Positions 43,183 to 56,875 of a stretch of 64,000 bases of DNA are shown piece by piece. Source of the DNA: the human T2T-CHM13v2.0 reference genome, Homo sapiens; NCBI RefSeq assembly GCF_009914755.1, contig NC_060927.1, one strand, 5' to 3'. Position 1 is the first letter of the stretch; every line of letters begins with the position of its first letter. A program made the position numbers and the translations under genes. The notes under the pieces are model-generated. The model was not told the origin of the DNA, made no database searches, and saw nothing but the letters and a program-made list of their open reading frames with translations.

Positions 43183-44827
43183 TTTAAACCAAAAAATAAA
43201 TGATAAGGCACCTCCCCGTTCCCAACCACCAAATCATCCGAATGGACTTCTTCCTCAGCCAGGGCTTTTAGAATTTAACCTGAAAAACTGGTTCAGGCCA
43301 TAAGGGGAAGTGGAGGCCGAACATGCCTCATTATCCCTCTCCTGCATTAACATCAACACAGACTTTAAGTCTGATAAGAAACATTTTACAGCCTCTTCTC
43401 TCTGAAGCCTGCTACCCTATCCGAATACTTCATCTGCGTGATAAAACACATTGGTCTCCACAACCTCTTAACCCAGACATTCCTTTCTTTAATCCCAGGT
43501 CTTTGGACAAACTCAACCAATTGTCAACCAGAAAATGTTTAAGTTGACCTATACCCTAGAACCACCCTCCCCCTCTTTGAGTTTTCCTGCCTTTCTGGAT
43601 CAAACAAATTTATTTCTTAAATGAACTTAACTTGAAGTCTCATGCCTCCTCAGAATGTATTAAACCAAGCTGCACCCCGACCTCCTTGGGCACATGTTCT
43701 CAAGACCTCCTGAAGGCTGTGTCACTGGCTGTGGTCACTCATATTTGGCTCACAATAAATCTCTTCAAATATTTTACAGAGTTTGACTCTTCCACAATAA
43801 TTTGGCACCCAGCGTGGGGCCTCAGAGAAGACTCAGGACCCCAAAGGAGTTGCCTGAACTCGGAGCGAAGATACCAGTGGGGCCCATTGAAGCCTCCCAG
43901 ACTTCTAGCTTCTCCCCCGATGGAACTGGTTAAGTTCTCCTGAGCCCCAGATCGCCCTTTGGTTGACAGTCCTTCGTTTAGTGTGAGCTGGTTTTTCTCC
44001 TAGGAAGTTGTTGTTTAAGGATTCTAATTCTAGTTCAGAGACACATTCTAAAGGGTTTTCTTTATTGCTTTTTCTCCCAAAATTAATCTTGATTCGGCTT
44101 GTCTGCGCATTTGTGTGAGGAATTGAACTGTTGTTTTCGTAGGTAAATGAGAGACTGAGTTTTCTCAACTCCAAAGAGAAAGGCATTTGCTCCTCCCAGC
44201 CAAAACGTGCTCCTGGGTGACTGGGGGCCTTGTGGGAGTGTCTGGGGGGGGTTGACATCCTGTGACATGCAGCAGCCCTATGGGGAAATCCCCAACAAAA
44301 ATTAATTTTAAAAATGGCTTGTCCAGGAATGCATATAAGGACTGATCACCCATCATTTTGAGCCCTCTCAAAGGTAATAGACCTCTGGAGAGAGAAACTG
44401 AGACATGTAACAGGGTGGAAACAACTCAGTGGTGACACATGGTGGGGTCCTGCCCACAAGCAGCACACATTGATCCACCACACAAAAACCCTAGGCCACA
44501 GCTCAGTTCCTACTTCTAAGAAAAAAAAAGGTGGGAAACAAATGATCTAAGAATGAGGAGAAAACAAGGAGAATGACCTCATTTCGGGCACTCTGTTGGT
44601 TTTATGGTGCCTCTACTTGCCAGAGCTTATGTAAAATGGAAATATAATGATCCTTGTGCACATTTACATTAAGGAAAAGAGCCCTAAGGTCAACCTGTAC
44701 ACTATAGAGTTCCTAAGTTCTCTTCTTCTCTATATTTTCTGCCTGCTTTAAATCTGCTTTTACTTTTGTACTGAAATTAAAAACCACTGTTTGGATCTAA
44801 CCTATTTTTCTTTTTCTTTGTTTTCTT

Positions 44828-44860
<33 letters not shown>

Positions 44861-47800
44861 AAGCTGGGGAATTTGTATTTATCTCATGGCTAAAGTTCTG
44901 AAGTAAAAGCTATAGGATCTGTGTGTGTGTGTGTGTGTGTATTTAAAAGGATTTTATAATAGACTTCTATAATTTTGTTTAAATGGCAAATTAAATCCAT
45001 TTTAATTTCCCTCTAGCAAACCAGACTGTCTCTTGGTACTTTGAGATGTAAATTTTGCTATCTGATTTTTCACCTAAGAGTTGTTTCCTTTAATATGCAA
45101 ATGTAGGACTATTTAGCTGACAACTGCCCAGGGTGATGAAACAGGCTATCATGAATTTAAAAGTCTAAGGGAAAAAGAGGTCTTACAAATACATAAGATG
45201 TACTTCTATTGCCATGCCTAATACGCTATGCATTTATGTGTTGTGTACACAATGTGTCACTACTAAAAATATGTAAAAGAGCTCTAATTAGCTTAAGTAA
45301 AAATAAAAGCACTTAAATACTTGATCAAAAAATACTAATCAATGCTTTTCAAGTTCACGTGACAAGTAAAATATTTAATAAATAAACTGTCTTTAAAATC
45401 ATTGGTAAAAAAAATTAAAATGTTCTAAGAATTGTTAGTATTTTTGTTTGCATTTATTGATCAAGTAGCTTCATGCTTATTCCTTCAGAATACTATAAGA
45501 TTAGCCATAGGGTTATAAAACTATAAAACCCAGCCCAAGACAGAATGATCTTTGCTTGTATAATTTTTGATAAATAAGACATGGAATATGGTTGGTTTAA
45601 TGAAAACAGCTAAATCATGAGTTACTGGAAAAAATACTCTTATATTTAATCATAAGTTCATTATTGAAGTAAACACCTGAAATTCACAGCTATAAAAATG
45701 GTTAACAGGGAAATAACTTCAATAATGACTGTCACAGTTTTTGTTAATAATCCAGGTAAACAAATAAATTAATCAGGTAAAGGTAATGGAATAAGTGTTT
45801 GTAAACAAACGTCATATAATTTAGGACCTCAGGTTATTAATAAGTATTAAGTATCTGGGTAATTTCCAATTTAAAAATTATAGAAAAACTTTTTTTTAAA
45901 TGGTAAATATCTTTTTCTAATTCAAAGCTTATTTAAAGGTTATGTATAAAACAAGGTAAAAGGAACTAGGAAATAAGAGATGTAGAGAAACATAAGACAT
46001 AAAGAGGTAATTTTTGGTAAAGAAGGTAAAAAGGAAAGTGATACTATATAAGAAAGAATCTTGTGTAGCGAATTTTTGTCCTAAAATAAAATGACTAGGT
46101 TGTTCAAGAAAGATATTTAGGACAGAACAGAAAATTTAAGCATGTTGTGAATGGTCTATGTAAGTTGTAATAAGGTTAGTAAAAGGAATTTGTTTAAAAA
46201 AAAGAAAAGATTGTATAATGCAGTTGGCTATGATTAAGAAGAAATTATAGTAGTCTTTCTAGAGATGGGTCTTTGATATTTAAAAAATACACTAATACAA
46301 AACTAAATAATTGGCTAAAACAGTATTTTATTACAAATATTGACTTATTTTTAATGTAATAAGTTTTAAATTTATAAACTCTATAATCTGTCTCTTTGAC
46401 ATTCTGCAGATTGATATCTCACAAGCTCAGCTCTTTCTCTTTTGAAATGGCCTTGGATAGTAGATCTCTCCTTCACCTTTTGTTGGTTCCTGTAACTTAA
46501 TAATAGTTATAGGATAATTAACAAAATTATCTGAAGGGAGATAATTTTTTTTTGAAAACAGGCCAATAAAATTAGATCTTGTAGACCTTTTAATTCTGCA
46601 TGCCTGTTATATCTTTATCTGTGTCATGTGGAAGTGATATTTCACTACCAAACTACATGAAAGAGCTCTAACCTAGTAACTTTAAAAATGTAAGTGCTTA
46701 TCAGATTGGTAGATGCTAGCTCAGATGACTTTTAATTCACATGATCTTGGTAATCTTTGGTAAAAGTAATTTGGCAAATTTAATCTCAAAACTCTCTAGT
46801 AATTTAAAATCTTAAAGTCATGTTAAAACCTCAGTTTTTATCACTGGAAATTTTGAATTACTAAAAGTTAAAATAGGAGCATAAAATATGTTTTTGGTGA
46901 AGTTTATAAAACACAAGGATGTTGATTTTGCCAGAAAAGGAAAGTAGGTTTTTCTTCGCTAGTTAAAAAACTACTTAAGAGTTGCTTTAGAATGAAGAAA
47001 AAAATATATACAGATAAAACTAAATAGAACAATTAAGCCAGAGCAACAAAAGTTAACTCAGACCTGTGGCTATCAAAAAGATAGTCAATGTGGGGGAAGG
47101 GCAAAACTATTTAAAACCAGAGGGTATAATATAAAGAAATTGTTTCATTTTGTAGATTTGTATCATCAGCTTCTTAAAAAAATGTATAGCGGATTGTAAA
47201 AATAACCACTTTAAGGACAAAATCCTTAATTTTAAATGCTACAGAAATTAAGAGCTTGTTTGGGTTGATGCAGCACCCCACAGCTCACTATTGAACAATC
47301 ACTAATGAGTATATATGATCCAAATGCAGAAGAGGTCATTCCTGAGAGAACAGTTAGTCTAGTGGACCAGATAAATGCCACCATAATGTCTGGTTGCCCT
47401 GAGAAGGGGACTGCCCAGCTCTCTGTATAAAATACCAAGTGAAACAAGCACCTCAGATGAAGCAGTTAATATGCTTCATGTGCAAGCCATATAACTGGAT
47501 TTAGGATAACTGGTATATCCTTCCACCAAATATGCCTATTACCGAAGTCATGGTAAATTTGGGGGTTGAGGGGGTCCCTTTTACATGGTTGCCCCTCCCA
47601 CAGAATCATAACGACTGCTTGAGAGGCCTTATCAAATTTGCTATCCCTCATGAGTTTTGCAGATGCAGCTTGCTGCTAGGAACCCAAACCTTTTTTCACC
47701 AGAAAAGGTAAAATGGTCTTGGGGTAGAAAAAGGTTCCTGGGACCAGGACATAAAAACATACAGGTTAATAAAATAATGAAATGTAAGATGTTTAAACAA

Positions 47801-49290
47801 ACTTTATGTAAGGTAGTTGTAACACCTTTTACCTAAATGTCTTATGAAAATGGGTACTGCATTTGACTGAGGGATGTTTCCCCTTTCTAGTGCTATAAAA
47901 CTAAGGGCATGTAAATCTGCTCTTTTGAGAAATTGGACACACCAAATGGGAACTAGTAAGGTTTTCTGAACCCACATACTATAGGGTAGAAGCTGGAATA
48001 CTAGTCAGGACAAATCCTCCACTTCATATCGTTTGTGGAACATTTACTGGGGCTGATGGCAAAAGACTGAGTACTTCCCAATGACAAAAACTAAACTAGA
48101 GAATTTCCAGTTGAGGGCCATTTACTGCCTTAATCTGGAATGTTAATTGAAGCTATCCCTATGTTAATGGAAACAATGGTGCCCAAAAGAGTTCCATAAT
48201 AAAATAAAAATGGTTTACATAGAATCTTGCTACCTGGGAATATAAGGAGGAGATACTGATAAACAAGGAGCCCTTTCTTAGGACTAATTCTAACTCTGGG
48301 AGGAGTTGCTGGATTCCACAGTGCCTGATAGACAGCTCTCATGAGCTGCTTGGCTTGTGAATGGTATTTCCGAGGTAAATAGACATCTCATTTAAAAGAT
48401 GCTGCTCTAGTTAAAGAAGGTCAAGAAAATCTTTTTTTTTTTTTTTTTTTTAGTTATTTGAGTGAAGTATGTTTTTTAAGCAAATGTACCTTTCTCTCTA
48501 AGTTCTCCAAAATCTGGATTGTGGTTTTATGACAATATAGTTATTTGTGTAAGTTCAATAAAAGTCTTTTAAAACAGAACAGTTGGAGACAATGGTTAAT
48601 GTACAAAGACTTTAACTAAAATAGTATATTTTTAGGTAAAGTTCCAGCAAAGCCAACTTAGAAGGAGCCTATGTGGCTAATCAATTTTTGCTGAATTTTA
48701 TGCAAATAATCAGGACAAGTATAATGAGCCTAGAACTTACTTTACACAGAAATTGGTCTTACTATAATTTCTCTTTAGTAGAAAAGAAAGGAGCTAAAAA
48801 ATGGTTTTAAAGGAAAAGTGTAACACTTGGCAGTAGATTTTGACCATAATTTTTGTTTTTTAAAGTGTAGATTAAATCATGAATTATTTCTTGGCTACAA
48901 TAATCCTATAGAGAGTACCAGGTTATAATTTTTCTTCATATTTTTAATTGGTGCCCTAATTGAATAGGCTCCTTTTTCTGTTCTGACACACAAATTACTC
49001 TTATAATTGTCAAACTATAAATGTTATTTCTCTCTCCTTGTTTTACTTCCAAGGAAACCAAAATCATGGTATTCTGAAGGCCAGAGATGAGTCCCTCGTT
49101 TAGCATCCCACTGGGCCCAGACCTGTTTCACTACAAATGCTCTGCTGCTGAAACTATAAAAGCACCCTCCCTCTAGGCCTAGCAGCTATTGAGGAAGAGT
49201 GGGGCATGTGAGATTGTAAGGGCCAATTTTGAGGGATAAAATTAAGTCAAGGTCAAACCCTCCAAATCAGTAACAGATACGAAGATGCCC
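43183..49290 (+). mobile_element. MER4-group (ERV1) provirus: 5' LTR 43183-43796, PBS 43803-43820, AT-rich non-coding interior, no 3' LTR seen
   Basis: MER4-type LTR text (aacatcaacacagactttaagtctgataagaaacattttaca; aataaatctcttcaaatattttacagagtttgactct) followed directly by PBS tggcacccagcgtggggc. Confidence 0.85.
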
Positions 49291-51157
49291 TCTTCCGGCC
49301 TTTATCCCCTGCTTGTCATGGAGTGAGGGGCCATGTTCTCTGGGAGCCTCTGCATGGTACCCCAGCTGCCTAGGACCTGAGAGGTCCAGTGGCTCCAATC
49401 CCCTTCTAGGATGTGTGCCCAGATCAGCACACACCTACAAAGGCAGGTTGGGGCATTGCTGTCTCTTCTCACAGGGCCACATGGAACTCCAAGGAGTCCA
49501 AGAAGTCTACATTTGAACTTGGCCTCACAGATCTCTATGAAGGTACATTTGTCAAGGCCAGAAGATAGACTCCATTTTACAGTTGTTTGGTTTTATTTAT
49601 AATGTAGACCAAAAAGTATCTGAGACAGGTCTCAATCAGTTAGAAGCTTATTTTGCCAAGGTTAAAGACATGCTCATGACACAGCCTCAGGAGGTCCTGA
49701 GAACGTGTGCCTTAGGTGGTCTGGCTACAGCTTGGTTTTATACATTTTAGGGAAACAAAAGACAACACATGAAAGATTTACATTGGTCAGGCCCAGAAAG
49801 GAGAGACAACTGGAAGTGGGCAGGAGGGGTCGGGGTGGAGGGAGAGGCTTCCAGGTCACAGGTGAATTCAAAGACGTCCTGACTGGAAATTGGTTGAAAA
49901 AGTTTATCTGAAGACCTGGAATCAACAGAAGGGAGTGTCTAGGTTGAAATAGGGGTTGTGGAGGCCAAGGTTTTTTTATGCAGATGAAGCCTCCAGGTAG
50001 CAGGCTTCAGAGAGAGTAGATTGTAAATGTTTCTTATCAGACTTAAAAAGTTGTCAGACTCTTAGTTAATTCTTTCCTGGATCAGGAAAAAGACATGGAA
50101 AGGGAAGGGGATTCTCTACAGAATGTAGATTTCCTCACTAGAGACAGCTTTGCAGGGCCACTTCAAAATATGTCAAAGAAATACATTTGGGGGTAAAATA
50201 CTTTGATTTATTTTATGGCCTGCTATCTGTCATGTTGGTATCTTATTGCTACAAAGAGTCTGCTCTGTCAATCTGAAGGTCTTTGTGTTGATGTTAATGC
50301 TGGTCAGCTGTGCCTGAATCCAAACAGAGGGGTGTATAATGAGGCACATCCAACTCTCCTCCTTCCCCATCATGGCCTGAACTACTTTTTCAGGTTAATT
50401 TCAGGTCCTTGGCCAAGAGGAGGGATCCATTTGTTACCCATGAAAGAGATCTGAGTTACCCTGAGTTACTGGCAGCAAATTTATACTGGTCCTGCTGGGA
50501 ACAGGCCCCCCAAAACCTGGCCATAAACTGGCCCCAAAACTGGCCATAAACAAAATCTCTGCAGCACTGTGACATGTTTTTGATGGCCATAACGCCCACA
50601 CTGGAAGGTTGTGGGTTTACCGGAATGAGGGCAAGGAACACCTGGCCCACCCAGGGTGGAAAACCATTTAAAGGCCTTCTTAAACCACAAACAATAGCAT
50701 GAGCAATCTGTGCCTTAAGGGCATGTTCCTGCTGCAGATAACTAGCCAGACCTACCCCTTTATTTCGGCCCATCCCTTCATTTCCCATAAGGGATACTTT
50801 TAGTTAATATATCTATAGAAACAATGCTAATGACTGGCTTGCTGCTAATAAATACGTGGGTAAATCTGTGTTCGGGGCTCTCAGCTCTGAAGGCTGTGAG
50901 ACCCCTGATTTCCCACTTCACACCTCTATATTTGTGTGTGTGTGTGTGTTTAATTCCTCCAGCGCCGCTGGGTTAGAGTCTCCCCGACTGAGCTGGTCAC
51001 GGCAAGTGGCGTCCATCGTGGGGGCTCAAATCCAGGTTGAAGGGTTGCCAGAGTGACGGTTGGAGAACGTGGAGAACTAAGCTGGAGGACACCCGAGTAC
51101 TCTTAAAGCAATCCCCATGGTGAGTAAGAAGGGGAGCTCAGAAGCATCAGGGTAACA

Positions 51158-51860
51158 ATGGGACAAGTGTGGAGTCTGGTTCATTCCACCTTGGAACTTT
51201 TTCACACTGATGATGAGGAAGAAGGAGAGTGTAACGAAGTAACAGTAGAGGTTACAGAGCAGCTTTGTTTGCCAGCTAAAGCTAAAGCAGCAAAGGAGGG
51301 AGAGGTTCATCCCTACCCTTCTGCACCCCCTGCTTATTATTTTGAAGAAAAAGACCCTCCAGATCTTTCTTTTCTGCAGGATACTGGGTGAAAAGTAGTT
51401 GCCCCAGTGACTGTTCGAGCAGCACCTCAAGCGACCGCTTTCAGTTCTATTTAGGCAAGAATCCAGCAAGCTAGAAGAGAGGGTGATATAGAGGCTTGGC
51501 AGTTCCCTGTTAGAATACACCCTCCAGATCAACAGGGAAATATAGCTACATTTGAGCCTTTTCCTTTTAAATTACTCAAAGAATTTAAACAAGCTATTCA
51601 TACTAAAAAAGAATGTAGAAATAATCAGTGAGTCAGGCTGCCAGATAGGGGAAAAAAGAAAACTGCTGAGTCTGAAATATGTCCAAAATATAAAAAAGGA
51701 AAACATTGGGCTAATCAGTGTAACTCTAGGTTTGATAAAGATGGGAACCCGATTTTGGGAAATGCCATGAGGGGCCTGTCCTGGGCCCCATTCCAAACCA
51801 GGGCATTTCCAGCTCAGGCCATTCCCTCACCCCTGTACAATGTCTTTCCCCTACCACAGC
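51158..51860 (+). pseudogene. gag: HML-3 gag remnant
   Basis: MGQVWSLVHSTLELFHTDDEEEGE..., stop at 51391, large internal deletion. Confidence 0.8.
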
Positions 51861-52680
51861 CGGTAGTGCTGCAGTAGATTTATGCTGTACAAAAGCTGTG
51901 AGCCTTCTGCCTGGGGAACCCCCACAAAAGGTCCCAACAGGAGTCTGTGGACCCTTGCCATCAGGGACAATAGGATTACTTTTAGGAAGGTCTAGTTTAA
52001 ATTTAAAAGGGGTACAAATACAAACAGGAGTCATTGATTCAGATTACAATGGGGAAATTCAAATTGTTATATCTACTTCTGTTCCCTGGAAAGCAGAGCC
52101 AGGAGAGCACATAGCACAGCTCCTGATTGTGCCATATGTGGGAATGGGAAAAAGTGAAATTAAATGAACAGGAGGATTTGGAAACACAAATAAAGAAGGC
52201 AAAGCAGCTTAATGGGTAAATCAAATTACTGATAAACATCCTACATGTGAAATAACTATTCAGGGAAAGAAATTTAAAGATTTGGTAGATACAGGAGTGG
52301 ACATTTCGATCATTTCTCTACAGCACTGGCCGTCTGCGTGGCCAATTCAACCTGCTCAATTTAACATAGTTAGAGTTGGCAAAGCCCTTGAAGTATATCA
52401 AAGTAGTTATATTTTGCATTGTGAAGGGCCTGATGGACAACCTGGGACCATTCAACCAATTATAACTTCTGTACCTATAAATTTATAGGGGAGAGATTTA
52501 TTACAACAATGGGGAGCACAAGTTCTAATTCCAGAACAATTATATAGCCCTCAAAGTCAACATATGATGCATGAAATGGGGTATGTCCCTGGTATGGGAC
52601 TAGAAAAAAGTTTGCAAGATTTGAAAGAACTGCTTCAAGTGGAAAGACAAAGTTCCCACCAAAGATTAGGATATCATTTT
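51860..52680 (+). pseudogene. pro: HML-3 pro remnant (dUTPase plus aspartic protease)
   Basis: GLLLGRSSLNLKG...GVIDSDYNGEI (dUTPase motifs) and LVDTGVD (protease); in-frame stops. Confidence 0.88.
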
Positions 52681-53640
52681 TGATGGCGGCCATTGTTAAG
52701 CCTCCAGAACCTATACCTTTAAAATGGTTAACAGATAAGCCAATTTGGATAGAACAATGGCCACTAAGTAAAGAGAAACTGGAGGCTTTAGAGAAATTAG
52801 TTACTGAACAATTAGGAAATGGGCACATAGCTCCAACATTTTCGCCTTGGAATTCTCCAGTTTTCGTAATTAAGAAAAAAATCAGGTAAATGGAGAATGT
52901 TAACTGACTTAAGAGCCATCAATTCAGTTATACAACCTATGGGAACATTACAGCCAGGATTGTCTTCTCCTGCTGTAATTCCAAAAAAATGGCCTTTAAT
53001 ACTCATAGATTTAAAAGACTGTTTCTTTACTATCCCTTTAGCTGAGCAAGACTGTGAACAGTTTGCATTTATAATTCCTGCAGTAAACAACCTGCAGCCT
53101 GCTAAGAATTTTCATTGTTTCACAGATGGGTCTAATAATGGTAAAGCTTCTTATTCTGGCTCAAAAAGTAAAGTTTTCCAGACTCCCTATAAAAAGCAAA
53201 GCTTGTAGCTGTAATTAAGGTATTGACTGTTTTTGATATGCCTATTAATGTGATTTCTGATTCTTCATACGTGGTTCATTCCACACAGTTAATTGAAAAT
53301 GCTCAGTTACAATTTCATACAGATGAACAATTGATAATAAAAACAAAAAAGGGGGAGAAACAGGGATTTGGGACAGCCCATACACAATTGAATCTAGCAT
53401 TATTAACTTTAAATTTTTTGAGCCTGCCCAAAGGCCAGATGTTATCAGTAGCTGAATAGCATCTACAGAAACCAGCTGCAAAGCCAGAAGCAGAACAACT
53501 GATTTGGTGGTGAGATCCAATAACAAAAAATTGGGAAATAGGTAAAATAATAACTTGGGGTAGAGGTTATGCTTATGTCTCTCCAGGCCAAAATCAACAG
53601 CCGATTTGGATACCATCAAGACACCTGAAACCTTATCATG
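52680..53640 (+). pseudogene. pol: HML-3 pol remnant (RT N-terminus joined to RNase H and integrase fragments)
   Basis: [28 protein letters not shown] and [12 protein letters not shown], then a jump to [14 protein letters not shown] and WGRGYA. Confidence 0.88.
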
Positions 53641-54693
53641 AGCCAGATGCCAAGGAAGAGATTCCAGGAGGATCCCAAGGACCCCCTGTTGCAGCCGTGT
53701 TGAGGCTGATGCTCAGGAGGACCCCAACTGTCACAAGCAACACCTGTTGAACACAACCACCCACCGGAGGACAGATCAAGAAGCTGTCACAGATGGCAGA
53801 AGAAAACCTAAGGAAAGCGAGACAGCCAGTCACAATGAGTAATTTAATAGTAGCTACGATAGTGATGATCACCATTGCCGTGAGTATTCCTTCAACAAGG
53901 GCTGACACAGAGAACAATTATACTTATTGGGCATATTTATCAATCTTGGCTGGCAATAATGCCTGGATGTAATCACTCTATGACACAGTTACACATGCTT
54001 TCTGATCTCAGTATTTACCATAATAAATCTGTTCCTATAATTGAGGCATACAGCCCTCAAAAACCTATTTGTAAACAAAATTGAACCTGGCCAGAAAATG
54101 AACGTATTTGTTTAGGAAGATTGCATTGCAGAACAGGCAGAGGTGCTGCACAACGATTCCTATGGAATCATTATTAATTGGTCCCCTAAGGGGATATTTA
54201 GCTTGAATTGCACCTCTGAGTCTGCATGCCATGGCCACACTATGTTCAGATGGTCTGAACAAAACGGTCAGATGGTAGAAATGATAAAAAGTATGACAAG
54301 AGTTCCTATTATCTGGAACCATGGCAGTATAGTGGCACCTCAACCTCAAATGATATGGCTTGTTGTAGGAGCTAACATAAGATTTTGTGGAAACTATTAA
54401 TAGCTTTTAATAAGATCAAAATTTGGGAAAGAATAGAAAAGCATCTAGAAGGACACTCTACAAACTTGTTTTTGGATATTGCAAAATTAAAAAAACAAAT
54501 ATTTAAAGCATCCCAGGCACACCTGACCTTAATGCCAAGAACTGGAGTGCTTGAAGGAGCTGCAGACAGATTAGCAGCTAGTAACCCATTAAAATGGATA
54601 AAAACACTTGGAGGCTCTTTGATTTCAATGATTATTATGCTTTTAATCTGTGTTGTTGTTTTTCTTTGTATAGTCTGCAGATGTGGATCCTGA
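53640..54693 (+). pseudogene. env: HML-3 env remnant
   Basis: Signal-peptide-like region; DSYGIIINWSPKG; TM-like end LGGSLISMIIMLLICVVVFLCIVCRC. Confidence 0.78.
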
Positions 54694-56511
54694 CTCCTAT
54701 GAGAAGTAGCTCACCGTGACAAAGGTGCCTTTGCTTTTATCAATTTGCAAATCAAAAAAGGGGGACATGTTGGGAACAGCCCCCCCACCCCAAAAAAAAA
54801 CATGGCCATAAACTGGCCCCAAAACTGGCCATAAACAAAATCTCTGTGGCACTGTGATGTGTTCATGATGGCCATAACGCCCACACTGGAAGGTTGTGGG
54901 TTTACCAGAATGAGGGCAAGGAACACCTGGCCTGCCCAGGGTGGAAAACTGCTTAAAGGCGTTCTTAAACCACAAACGATAGCATGAGCAATCTGTGCCT
55001 TAAGGGCATGTTCCTGCTACAGATAACTAGCCAGACCCACCCCTTTATTCTGGCCCATCCCTTCGTTTCCCATAAGGGATACTTTTAGTTAATCTAATAT
55101 CTATAGAAACAATGCTAATGACTGGCTTGCTGTTAATAAATACGTGGGTAAATCTCTGTTCAGGGCTTTCAGCTCTCAAGGCTGTGAGACCCTGATTTCC
55201 CACTTCACACCTCTGTATTTCTGTGTGTGTGTAATTCCTCTAATGCTGCTGGGTTAGGGTCTCCCCAACTGAGCTGGTCTTGGCAGGTCCTCAGCAACTT
55301 CAGTCCTTCCCTCCTCGGAAGAAAGAATTCAACTGAGGGGCATAGAGCAGAAAAAGAGACTGAGGCAAGTTCCAGAAAAGGAATGGAAGTTTATTTAAAA
55401 AGTCTTAGAACAGGAATGAAAGGAAGGTGTGCTTGGAAGAGACCCGAGCAAGCACGTGAAGGCTAAAGAGAGAAGGTCATGTTTAACCATGATCCTAGGA
55501 CTTTTATAAGCTCCCTTCTTTCCCATGATTCCTCCCTGAGGGTGGGTTTTCCTCATGCCCAGTGCTTTCCTTACCTTTTAGAATTGAGCATGTGTGGTGT
55601 GTTTAGGGAGTTATACGCAGGCCCATCTGAGGCTTTCTTCCTTTTTCCAGTGGAGTGTGCCCCCGGAGGATCATACTTCACCATGTTTTGCCTCTTAACA
55701 TGCATGCCCAGGAAGTTGCTTCTCCCTGGGGCCTGCATTCAATTAACATTTTGCTGTTAACAGGTGTGGACTACCAGGAAATGGCCTCTCCCTGGCGCTG
55801 TGAAATTAGCATTCTTAGAGAGGCAATTCAGTAATTGCCGAACCACCACCCAACATTTTCAGTGGATTAAGGGGGAGCCCTATCCTACCCCGCTCATGCC
55901 TAACTATCTGTAACACATTCAATTGGTTGGGAGACTTATAATTTTATTTTTGGCTTACAATAATCATGAAATATTTAGATATATGGTTTGTGGACCCTCA
56001 CTTGTACTTTTGCCCTGGGCTCTATAAATTTTGAGCTGGGCCTGTCTGGTTTTCATAGAGTTATGGGTACAAGACACTATTTTCTTCCTAACTCTAATGC
56101 ATGAAAAATAAACTGGCAAAGTAAAATGACAAACAGCAACCAGCAGCTGGCCTCAGTCAAGGAGAAAGCACGGGGAAAATGGGAGCATTCTAGAAAAGGA
56201 GGCAACCAAGCATTGCAGCCAAGCTCCAAAGGGCAGTCACCACACCAGCACACAGGATCCACTTCTTGGGACCTTGGTAAGTGGGAGGCAGTGTGTACCA
56301 GTTCCTGTAGACTAGTTCATGCCCCTCTGTCTCCCCCTTACACAGAGCACTTGCAAATGCTAGTTCAGGAATCCAGAGGCCTGGCTGGAGTCTAAGCAGT
56401 GAGTAGCTTGGCAAAGAGCTGCTATGCTGAAACTGCAGTTTTCAGTGGAAACTAAAGATAGGATAGACATAAGATATATTGGTAAATAATAAAGTCTCAT
56501 ACAATGTTAGG

Positions 56512-56875
56512 AGCTATTAGGATTGAATTGGGTCCCTGCAAATTCATATGTTGAATTGCTAGCCCCCAATGTGACTCTATGTGGAGATAGGGCTTATCAG
56601 GAGATAGTAAAGATTCAGTGAGGTTATAAGGTGGGGCTCTAATCCAGTAGGACTGGAGTCCTTAGAAGAGATGGGAAAGAGATAGGGGAGACCTCCCTCT
56701 GCACAAGTACACCAGCAAGAAGGTTACCATCTGCAAGACAGGGAGAGAGGCCTCATCTGACAGAATCCTGTTGGCACCTTAACCTCAGACTTCCAGCCTC
56801 CAGAACTGTGAGAAAATAAGTGTATTGTTTAAGCCCCTGGGCCATGGTATTTTGCAATGAGCTGCTATAACAGTA
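56512..56875 (+). mobile_element. MLT1A-like LTR
   Basis: gattgaattgggtccctgcaaattcatatgttgaa...gacttccagcctccagaactgtgagaaaataa. Confidence 0.83.

Larger units (their letters stand above)
50493..55285 (+). mobile_element. HERV-K(HML-3)/HERVK9 provirus with MER9 LTRs, internally deleted (4.8 kb)
   Basis: LTRs at 50493-51004 and 54768-55285; Lys-like PBS tggcgtccatcgtgggg at 51007; PPT aaaaaaggggga before the 3' LTR; TSD ggtcc (50488-50492, 55286-55290). Confidence 0.95.
50432..55915 (-). mobile_element. MER50-like solo LTR split by the HML-3 provirus (pieces 50432-50492 and 55286-55915)
   Basis: tgtta...taaca ends; 4-bp TSD catt (50428-50431, 55916-55919); cagcaacttcagtcc...gaagaaagaattcaactgaggggcata resembles MER50. 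Confidence 0.82.
49603..55959 (-). mobile_element. MER4-type solo LTR split by nested insertions (pieces 49603-50431 and 55916-55959)
   Basis: TG..CA ends; 4-bp TSD ataa (49599-49602, 55960-55963); reverse-complement similarity to the 43183 LTR. Confidence 0.85.

Noticed and set aside
51158-54693. Coding-competent HERV-K genes
   Set aside because: In-frame stops, frameshifts and large deletions; the RT catalytic YxDD region is missing.
43183-55959. The two MER4-type LTRs as the ends of one provirus
   Set aside because: They are in opposite orientation, and the second has its own TSD (ataa), so they are independent insertions.
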